Source of the DNA: Limnohabitans sp.
GTDB taxonomy: Bacteria; Pseudomonadota; Gammaproteobacteria; Burkholderiales; Burkholderiaceae_C
Direction of reading: 5' to 3'
NCBI GenBank assembly: GCA_030729445.1
Contig: JANQXJ010000187.1
Coordinates: 1-62,931, forward strand
Length of the DNA stretch: 62,931 bases
Shown here: positions 55,451 to 62,931 of the stretch, piece by piece
Position numbering within the stretch: position 1 is the stretch's first letter
How the letters are laid out: the number at the start of each line of letters is the position of its first letter
Translations under genes and position numbers: made by a program
Notes under the pieces: model-generated
The model's input: only the letters and a program-made list of their open reading frames with translations
Database searches by the model: none
What the model was told of the DNA's origin: nothing

Positions 55451-56879
55451 GAGCAGCTCCTTGCTTTTGCGCATGGACGGCTTTGGCCGCCTGCTCGCCT
55501 GCGATGCGGCCAAAGGCCGTGCCAATCGTCATGCCCACCCCGGCGGTGTAGCCCTTGCCCAGCACATTGCCCGCCATCATTTCGCCCGCCACAAACAGGT
55601 TGGGGCTGGGCTGGTCATTGAATCGCACAGCGGTGGTGTCATCGGTTTTGAGGCCCAGATAGGTGAAAGTGACGCCAGGCCGCACGGCATAGGCGTAATA
55701 AGGCGCAGTGTCCAGCGGACGCGCCCAATGGGTTTTGGCCGGGCTCACGCCCTCGGTGTGGCAGTCGTCCAGCGCCGTGTGGTCAAAAGTGCCCTCGCGG
55801 CAAGCCGCGTTGTAGTCGTTCAGGGTTTGGATGAAGGTCGCTTCATCCAGGCCCAGCTTGCGAGCCAGCTCGGGCAGGCTGTCCGCCTGCGTGCCTTCAA
55901 AAACCGGCGGCATGAAGCGGCCCACGGCTTTGGCGTCGATGATGGAATACGCCACCTGCCCCGGCTGCTGCGCCACCAAGCGGCCCCAGATCGCGTAGCG
56001 CTTGGGCCAAAAATCTTCGCCTTCGTCGTAAAAACGCCGCGCCTCGCGGTTGACCACCACACCCAAAGACACGCAGTCGATGCGGGTGCAAATGCCGCCG
56101 TCATACAAAGGCGCACGGGCGTCAATCGCCACCATGTGCGCCTGCGTTGGGTCACCGATGCGGTCGGCGCCTTGCTCCAGCATGTGTTTGAGCAACACAC
56201 CTTGGTTGAAGCGCGTGCCACGAATCAAAAACTGATCTGCCGGGTATTCACCGCGCTCGTTTTGCCCCCAGGCCTCGCGCAGCCACTCTCGGTTGGACTC
56301 AAAACCACCCGCCGCCAACACGCAGGTGCGGGCCTCGATGCGTTCGCGCCGCACGCTGCCATCGGGCTGCTTGTGCATGACCGATGCGGCCACAAAACGA
56401 CCCTCGTCCAATTCAACGGTATCGACTTCGGCGTTGTAGTGGACCTGCACCCCAAGCTTTTCTGCACTACGGTAGAAGGCATTGACCAGTGCCTTGCCTC
56501 CGCCCATGAAAAACGCATTAGTGCGAGCTGTGTGCAACGCACCAGACAAGGAGGGCTGAAAACGCACACCGTGCTTGACCATCCAGGGCCTGCAAGTGGC
56601 CGAGTGGCGTATGGCCAAACGTGCCAAATGCTCGTTGGTCAAGCCGCCTGTGACTTTGAGCAGGTCTTGCCAAAATTCTTCTTCCGGGTAGGCGTCGACC
56701 AGCACGTCTTGGGGGGCATCGTGCATGCAGCGCAAATTGCGCGTGTGGCCCGAATTGCCGCCGCGCCATTCACGCGGCGCCGACTCCAACAGCATCACGC
56801 TGCAGCCCGCCTCGCGGGCCATCAAGGCCGCACACAGGGCCGCGTTGCCGCCGCCAATCACCAAAACATCCAAGGTCAT
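55437..56879 (-). CDS. tcuA: FAD-dependent tricarballylate dehydrogenase TcuA
   Basis: [50 protein letters not shown]; start MTLDV after GAGAG. Confidence 0.93.
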   Translation of the reverse strand: MTLDVLVIGGGNAALCAALMAREAGCSVMLLESAPREWRGGNSGHTRNLRCMHDAPQDVLVDAYPEEEFWQDLLKVTGGLTNEHLARLAIRHSATCRPWMVKHGVRFQPSLSGALHTARTNAFFMGGGKALVNAFYRSAEKLGVQVHYNAEVDTVELDEGRFVAASVMHKQPDGSVRRERIEARTCVLAAGGFESNREWLREAWGQNERGEYPADQFLIRGTRFNQGVLLKHMLEQGADRIGDPTQAHMVAIDARAPLYDGGICTRIDCVSLGVVVNREARRFYDEGEDFWPKRYAIWGRLVAQQPGQVAYSIIDAKAVGRFMPPVFEGTQADSLPELARKLGLDEATFIQTLNDYNAACREGTFDHTALDDCHTEGVSPAKTHWARPLDTAPYYAYAVRPGVTFTYLGLKTDDTTAVRFNDQPSPNLFVAGEMMAGNVLGKGYTAGVGMTIGTAFGRIAGEQAAKAVHAQKQGAAHANA

Positions 56880-57112
56880 AAACACTCTCAATTCAAATCG
56901 GCTTGGCGCAGGGACTGCCACCGCCAAGAGCCTTTCAAAGCGAGCACATCAGAAATGGCGCATGCAACAACCGCCTGATGTCTGCAACCACAACCCGGCT
57001 CCCCACAAGATGGGATGGTGGGTTTCCAAGCCCAGGGTTCGTTCCAATAAATTTGGTGGTTGACTTTAGCCATGATCCACCCGCTTGGGTAGCCCTGCTA
57101 AGACATGGGGCC

Positions 57113-57127
57113 ATCACCAAATGTGAT
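57113..57127. promoter_or_regulatory. Candidate LysR (TcuR) recognition site upstream of tcuA
   Basis: Palindrome ATCAC-caaat-GTGAT fits T-N11-A. Confidence 0.55.
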
Positions 57128-57184
57128 ACCCAAAAGCCTGCGTCAAGATTTGTATTCGCCCCACCGGGCGCAGCCTCTTCAAAT

Positions 57185-58144
57185 TCAGACCTTGGGGCTC
57201 AGTGCGGCGCCCTTCCAAACACCGCTGCCCACCAAACTGCGCACACAGTCGGCCAAAACAACTCTCGCGGCCAATGCGGCGGGTGAGAGCTCATCCTCGG
57301 ACAAACCACACAGCCAATTGCTGCGTTTAATCTGATGGTCGGAGATGCGTGCCATGCACAAAGACAGTTCGGCATCAACTTGCCGAGCCACTGCAGCCCA
57401 GGGCTGCAGGGTCGCACCAACGCCTGCATGCACGGCATCCATCAAAAGGGCCAGGGAGTCGACCTCAAGGGCCACGGTGGGGGTCAACTTAGCCCGCAAA
57501 AAAGCCGCCTCCAGTGTGCTGCGCAAACCGTGAGGTCCCGTGGGCAAAATCAGGGGCCGATCTTTGAGTTGGGCCATGCGCAAGGTGTCCGGCAAGCCCG
57601 ACTTAGAGGCAGCGCGGGCCATGATGAAGAAAATTTCCTCCTCGATCAGCGGCAGCACACTCCAGCGCCGAGCCATTTGAACAGAAAGACTGGCACCCGT
57701 TGGCAAGTCAAACAACACCGCCAAATCCAATTGGCGTGCGTTGAGCATGGACGATAAATGGCCGGACATACTCTCGACCATGTGCAGGCGCACATCCGGG
57801 TAACGCTCACGCATGGCCTGTATCAAAGGCAAGCCCAGCACCGCTGCCGTGGTTGGTGCCAAACCCACGCTCACTGAGCCTGTCAGGCGAGCCTGCTGAG
57901 CAGCACGAATTGCCTGCTGTGCATGGCGCAGCGTCAACTGCGCTTCTCTGAAAAATGCCACACCGGCTTCAGTGGGGGTCACCCCTTGAGGACTGCGTTG
58001 CAACAATCGGGTGCTCAACTCGCTTTCCAAGCGTGTGATTTGCTGGCTCAACGCTGACTGAACCAAGCTCAGGTCCAGCGCAGCGCGGCTGATACTGCCC
58101 AGTTCAACCACGCGCACGAAATAACGCAGCTGTCTCAGTTCCAT
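57185..58144 (-). CDS. tcuR: LysR family regulator TcuR
   Basis: MELRQLRYF...QSALSQQITRLE; directly upstream of tcuAB. Confidence 0.85.
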   Translation of the reverse strand: MELRQLRYFVRVVELGSISRAALDLSLVQSALSQQITRLESELSTRLLQRSPQGVTPTEAGVAFFREAQLTLRHAQQAIRAAQQARLTGSVSVGLAPTTAAVLGLPLIQAMRERYPDVRLHMVESMSGHLSSMLNARQLDLAVLFDLPTGASLSVQMARRWSVLPLIEEEIFFIMARAASKSGLPDTLRMAQLKDRPLILPTGPHGLRSTLEAAFLRAKLTPTVALEVDSLALLMDAVHAGVGATLQPWAAVARQVDAELSLCMARISDHQIKRSNWLCGLSEDELSPAALAARVVLADCVRSLVGSGVWKGAALSPKV

Positions 58145-58348
58145 GCGCACAGGCATCCATGTTGAGACGTCAAATTGCGCATGATTTCACCCGGGTTGAG
58201 AACCACTCGAGAGCTCTCGGCAAAAACCAAGTGCTTTCAGGACAGTCTGATGGCGATTGGGGCATGGGTGCTTGACGGCACTGAGGAATCGGTGGGTAAG
58301 CCAGGGCTTGAGGCGCTGTGTACCGCAAGCACTGGTCGTAGGTATAAA

Positions 58349-58843
58349 TTAGAACGGAATATCGTCGTCCATGTCGTCGAAATTACTGGCCGCCGGCTTG
58401 GGTGTAGCAGCCGGGCGCTGCGCTGCCGCTGGTGCAGGCCGCACAGGAGCCTGCCGCGGCGCGTAGCCACCGGCGTTGCCGCCATCTTCAGACGGGCCGC
58501 CCATGCCTTGGCGGCTGCCCAGCATCTGCATGCTGTCGGCACGGATGTCGGTGGCGAATTTTTCGACACCGTTTTTATCGGTGTATTTACGGGTGCGCAG
58601 GCTGCCTTCGACATAGACCTGACTGCCTTTGCGCAGATACTGGCCTGCGATCTCGGCCAACTTGGCAAAAAAGCTGATGCTGTGCCACTCAGTGGCCTCG
58701 CGCATCTCGCCCGTGGCCTTGTCCTTGTAACGGTCGGTGGTGGCCACGCGGATGTTGGTGACCGCATCGCCCGAAGGCAGGTAGCGGGTTTCAGGGTCGG
58801 CACCCAGGTTGCCGACGATGATGACTTTGTTGACGGATGCCAT
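58349..58843 (-). CDS. ssb: Single-stranded DNA-binding protein
   Basis: [27 protein letters not shown]-terminal DDDIPF; GAGGAG RBS. Confidence 0.97.
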   Translation of the reverse strand: MASVNKVIIVGNLGADPETRYLPSGDAVTNIRVATTDRYKDKATGEMREATEWHSISFFAKLAEIAGQYLRKGSQVYVEGSLRTRKYTDKNGVEKFATDIRADSMQMLGSRQGMGGPSEDGGNAGGYAPRQAPVRPAPAAAQRPAATPKPAASNFDDMDDDIPF

Positions 58844-58922
58844 GAAAACTCCTCGATAGATGCACCAATTATGGGGCCAATCGGCCCCCTGGTGACCAGT
58901 CGAGAAGACCTTTCCCCGCCCT

Positions 58923-60110
58923 TCAGACGCCCTGATTGACAGGCGCCGTGCGGCCCGGGGTTTGCATGCCCCAAGCCACACACAGCCACACCAACAGGGC
59001 CAGGCCGCAACACAAAAACAACACCGGAGTGCCCCAAGACTTGACCAGCCAGCCGCCAGCCACCCCCCCCACAAAAAATCCCAGCGACTGCAGCGTGTTG
59101 TAAATCCCCATGGCCGTGCCGCGCATGGCACGGGGCGCGATGCGCGAGGCCAAACTCGGCTGGGTCGCTTCCAGAGCATTAAAACCACAAAAAAATACAA
59201 ACAGCAGCAAAGCCATCGCGATCAAGCTGGTGGTGCCCGCCGATTGCACCAACAAACCTGCCTCGACCAAAGTCATCAAGGCGATCGAGAAAAGAAAGAC
59301 TTGTCTGAGGTAACCGCGCCGCTCCATGGCAAACACAACACCCAAAAACAGAAACGACAGCAAGACCGCCGGCAAATACACCTGCCAGTGCTGTGCCGAC
59401 TGCAAGCCCGCCTGCACCAGCAAGGCGGGCACGGCCACCCACATGGCCAGCTGCACCGCGTGCAACACAAACACGCCCACATTCAGGCGCATCAAATCGG
59501 CATGGGCCAGCACATCGCGCACCCGTCCCCGGCTCTGCCCGGTCACAAGCTCAGGCGCAGGGGGTGCACCCCAAATGACCACACCCACACCCACGAGCGC
59601 CAACACGCCGGTCAGCCAAAACAGACCGCTCAAACCAATCCAAGCCGTGAGCAAGGGCGACACCACCAAGGACAGGGCGAACATCAAACCGATGCTGCCG
59701 CCCACCAAAGCCATGGCCTTGGTGCGCACCTCGTCCCGCGTCAGATCGGCCAGCAAGGCCGTGACAGCGGCCGACACGGCCCCTGCCCCCTGCAGGCTGC
59801 GTCCGACCAGCAAACCGATCAGGTCGGTGGCCGCAGCCGCCCAAAAGCTGCCCAAGGCAAAAATCACCAAGCCCAGCACAATGACCCGCTTGCGCCCAAA
59901 ACGGTCCGAGGCCATGCCAAAGGGCAGCTGCAGCAAGCCCTGCGTGAGGCCATAAATACCCATCGCCAAGCCCAGCCAAACCGGGTCTTCGCCACCGGGG
60001 TAGCGGCGTGCCTCCAGAGCAAACACGGGCAAAACCAAAAACAAACCCAGCATGCGCAGCGCAAATATGCTGGCCAGGGAGGCACTGGCACGGCGTTCGG
60101 TGGGCGTCAT
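58923..60110 (-). CDS. YajR-like MFS transporter
   Basis: [38 protein letters not shown]; lies between uvrA and ssb. Confidence 0.88.
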   Translation of the reverse strand: MTPTERRASASLASIFALRMLGLFLVLPVFALEARRYPGGEDPVWLGLAMGIYGLTQGLLQLPFGMASDRFGRKRVIVLGLVIFALGSFWAAAATDLIGLLVGRSLQGAGAVSAAVTALLADLTRDEVRTKAMALVGGSIGLMFALSLVVSPLLTAWIGLSGLFWLTGVLALVGVGVVIWGAPPAPELVTGQSRGRVRDVLAHADLMRLNVGVFVLHAVQLAMWVAVPALLVQAGLQSAQHWQVYLPAVLLSFLFLGVVFAMERRGYLRQVFLFSIALMTLVEAGLLVQSAGTTSLIAMALLLFVFFCGFNALEATQPSLASRIAPRAMRGTAMGIYNTLQSLGFFVGGVAGGWLVKSWGTPVLFLCCGLALLVWLCVAWGMQTPGRTAPVNQGV

Positions 60111-60278
60111 GTGCAAGGCATGAGAAGCGGAATAAGGCGAGGAATCGGCCACAAAAGAACTCAAAAAGCCCCAAAAATGGGGAACGCAAAAGGTGGATTG
60201 TCCCCGATTGCCCGACCCCAGCGCCCCGCAAGAGGTCAAAGGGGATAATCAAAGGTTTTGCTGATCTGGCTGCCCCTC

Positions 60279-62931
60279 GTGAAATTTGCCGACCCTTCTC
60301 TATTGCCCGACGAACCCGAACCCGCGCGGTATCTGGCCTCTGCGCTGCGGCAGACCCACATCAGCGTGCGGGGCGCCCGCACCCACAACCTCAAAAACAT
60401 CGACCTCGACATCCCGCGCAACCAGCTGGTGGTCATCACTGGGCTGTCGGGCTCGGGCAAGTCGAGCCTGGCTTTTGACACGCTGTACGCCGAAGGCCAG
60501 CGCCGTTATGTAGAAAGCCTGTCGGCCTATGCGCGGCAGTTTTTGCAGCTGATGGACAAGCCCGATGTGGACCTGATCGAGGGCTTGTCGCCCGCGATTT
60601 CCATCGAACAAAAAGCCACCAGCCACAACCCGCGCTCCACCGTGGGCACCGTGACCGAGATCCACGACTACCTGCGCCTGCTGTACGCCCGCGCGGGCAC
60701 GCCCTACTGCCCCGACCACAACCTGCCCCTGCAAGCGCAAACCGTGAGCCAGATGGTGGACGCCGTGCTGGCCCTGCCCGATGACACCAAGCTGATGATC
60801 CTCGCGCCGATTGCGCGCGAGAAAAAAGGCGAGTTTGAAAAAGTGTTTGAGCAGATGCAGGCCCTGGGCTATGTGCGCTTTCGCATCAATGGCCAGACGG
60901 TGGAAGTGGAAGACCTGCCCACACTCAAGAAAACCGAAAAGCACAACATCGACGTGGTGGTGGACCGCATCAAGGTCCGATCTGAGGAGGACGCCAAGGC
61001 ACGCGACGCCCTGCGTCAGCGCCTGGCCGAGAGCTTTGAAGCGGCGCTGCACCTGGCCGAACACCGCGCTGTAGCCCTGGAGATGGACACCGGGAAAGAA
61101 CACCTGTTCAACGCCAAGTTTTCCTGCCCGGTATGCACCTACTCCATCAGCGAGCTGGAGCCGAGGCTGTTCTCCTTCAACTCGCCCATGGGCGCGTGCC
61201 CGACTTGCGACGGCATTGGCAGCATGGCGTTTTTTGACCCGGAGCGGGTCGTGGCTTTTCCTTCGCTCAGTTTGGCCAGTGGCGCCATCAAGGGCTGGGA
61301 CCGGCGCAACGGCTTTTACTTCAGCATGCTCGAAAGCCTGGCCAAGCATTACCAGTTCGACATCGAAACGCCGTTTGAAAAACTCGCGCCCATTCATCAG
61401 CAGGTCTTGCTGCACGGCTCGGGGCTGGAAGAGATCAAGTTCAGCTACACGATGGAATCAGGGGCCTCGCAGGGCAAAAAGGTCAGCAAGAAGCACCCGT
61501 TTGAAGGGATCATCCCCAACATGACGCGGCGCTACCGAGAGACCGACTCGGCCGTGGTGCGCGAAGACCTGGCCCGCTACCGCAACATGCAGGCCTGCAC
61601 CAGCTGCCACGGCACCCGTTTGAGGCGCGAAGCCCGCCATGTGCGCATTGGCGAAGGCGCACAAGCCCGCGCCATTTACGAGATCAGCCACATCACCCTG
61701 GGTGAATCGCAGCAGTATTTTCAGGGCCTGAAAATGCACGGGGCCAAGGCCGAGATCGCCGACAAGGTGGTGCGCGAGATCGCGCTGCGCCTTAAGTTCC
61801 TCAATGATGTGGGACTGAATTATTTGAGCCTAGACCGCAGCGCCGACACCCTCTCGGGCGGTGAATCACAGCGCATCCGCTTGGCCAGTCAAATTGGCTC
61901 TGGGCTCACAGGCGTGATGTATGTGCTGGACGAACCCAGCATCGGCCTGCACCAACGCGACAACGACCGCCTGATTGGCACCTTGCAACACCTGCGCGAC
62001 ATCGGCAACAGCGTGCTGGTGGTCGAGCACGACGAAGACATGATCCGCGTGGCTGACCATGTGATCGACATGGGCCCCGGCGCGGGCGTGCACGGCGGAC
62101 GCGTGATGGCGCAGGGCACTTGCGCCGACATCTTGGCTGCACCCGATTCAGTCACCGGCCAGTACATGTCGGGCCGCAAGAAGATCGAAATCCCGAAACG
62201 CCACAAAGCGGGCAAAGACTTCATCGAGATCGTGGGCGCATCGGGCAATAACCTGAAAAGCGTGAACGTGAAGTTTCCCGTGGGGCTGCTGACCTGCGTG
62301 ACTGGGGTATCGGGCTCGGGAAAATCGACGCTGGTCAATGACACGCTTTACACCGCCGCCGCACACCAGATCCACCGTGCACAGGGCGATGCGGCACCGC
62401 ACGAAGAGATCAAAGGGCTGGAGTATTTCGACAAGGTCATCAACGTCGACCAGTCGCCCATTGGCCGCACGCCACGCAGCAACCCCGCCACCTACACGGG
62501 CCTGTTCACCCACATCCGCGAACTGATGGCCGAAGTGCCCGCCGCTCGCGAGCGGGGCTACGGCCCAGGGCGTTTCAGCTTCAACGTCACCGGTGGCCGC
62601 TGCGAAGCCTGCCAGGGCGACGGCATGGTGAAGGTGGAAATGCACTTTTTGCCCGATGTGTACGTGCCCTGCGATGTGTGCCACGGCATGCGCTACAACC
62701 GCGAAACCCTTGAAGTCCAATACAAGGGCCAAAACATCGCGCAGATCCTAAACATGACGGTAGAAGCCGCGCACCAGTTCTTCAGCGCCGTGCCCAACAT
62801 CGCCCGCAAGTTGCAAACCCTGCTCGACGTGGGCCTGACCTACATTCGCCTGGGGCAAAGCGCCACCACCTTGTCTGGCGGCGAGGCGCAACGCGTGAAG
62901 CTCGCGCTTGAATTGTCCAAACGCGACACCG
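60279..62931 (+). CDS. uvrA: Excinuclease ABC subunit A (3'-truncated by window end)
   Basis: Not in ORF track (no stop in window). [68 protein letters not shown]; GTG start approximate. Confidence 0.96.
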   Translation, partial: MKFADPSLLPDEPEPARYLASALRQTHISVRGARTHNLKNIDLDIPRNQLVVITGLSGSGKSSLAFDTLYAEGQRRYVESLSAYARQFLQLMDKPDVDLIEGLSPAISIEQKATSHNPRSTVGTVTEIHDYLRLLYARAGTPYCPDHNLPLQAQTVSQMVDAVLALPDDTKLMILAPIAREKKGEFEKVFEQMQALGYVRFRINGQTVEVEDLPTLKKTEKHNIDVVVDRIKVRSEEDAKARDALRQRLAESFEAALHLAEHRAVALEMDTGKEHLFNAKFSCPVCTYSISELEPRLFSFNSPMGACPTCDGIGSMAFFDPERVVAFPSLSLASGAIKGWDRRNGFYFSMLESLAKHYQFDIETPFEKLAPIHQQVLLHGSGLEEIKFSYTMESGASQGKKVSKKHPFEGIIPNMTRRYRETDSAVVREDLARYRNMQACTSCHGTRLRREARHVRIGEGAQARAIYEISHITLGESQQYFQGLKMHGAKAEIADKVVREIALRLKFLNDVGLNYLSLDRSADTLSGGESQRIRLASQIGSGLTGVMYVLDEPSIGLHQRDNDRLIGTLQHLRDIGNSVLVVEHDEDMIRVADHVIDMGPGAGVHGGRVMAQGTCADILAAPDSVTGQYMSGRKKIEIPKRHKAGKDFIEIVGASGNNLKSVNVKFPVGLLTCVTGVSGSGKSTLVNDTLYTAAAHQIHRAQGDAAPHEEIKGLEYFDKVINVDQSPIGRTPRSNPATYTGLFTHIRELMAEVPAARERGYGPGRFSFNVTGGRCEACQGDGMVKVEMHFLPDVYVPCDVCHGMRYNRETLEVQYKGQNIAQILNMTVEAAHQFFSAVPNIARKLQTLLDVGLTYIRLGQSATTLSGGEAQRVKLALELSKRDT

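Noticed and set aside
58208-58219. 12-bp perfect palindrome CGAGAGCTCTCG between ssb and tcuR
   Set aside because: Several loopless 12-bp palindromes are expected by chance in 63 kb; no second copy or supporting context seen.
60111-60278. SOS (LexA) box upstream of uvrA
   Set aside because: No convincing CTGT-N8-ACAG found by eye here or upstream of ssb.

Overview
A 62.9-kb, GC-rich chromosomal segment from a betaproteobacterium. Gene order and protein sequences suggest Comamonadaceae, possibly Limnohabitans-like (inference). Most of it is housekeeping backbone: apbC, metG, scpA, ruvC, mtgA, an RNB-family nuclease, kup, gshA, proA-holA-lptE-leuS-exbD-exbB-dapB-bamE/fur, hprK-ptsN-hpf, corA, mtnN, a fadD-like ligase, pntAB, nudJ, mnmA, ssb and uvrA. 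Three accessory blocks are embedded in it. (1) A compact aerobic benzoyl-CoA (box) cluster, boxR-boxC-boxB-boxA plus a divergent benzoate-CoA ligase, with visible BoxR-type operators; it runs directly into a NuoEF/formate-dehydrogenase-beta-like gene. (2) A four-gene cell-envelope O-acetylation-type operon (lytic transglycosylase, MBOAT, DUF459/PatB-like SGNH, Ape1-like SGNH) lying between nudJ and mnmA. (3) tcuR-tcuA-tcuB. The most unusual unexplained structure is in the 457-bp boxB-boxA spacer: three 25-bp-stem hairpins with divergent stems but a shared, covarying loop motif, one inverted relative to the other two, with every stem mismatch being a G-T/U wobble on the motif-bearing strand. 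A candidate leader-peptide attenuator upstream of corA and a recurring leaderless-promoter signature were also seen. No rRNA, tRNA, CRISPR array or transposase was recognised. Annotations come from motif recognition by eye; no database search was run.
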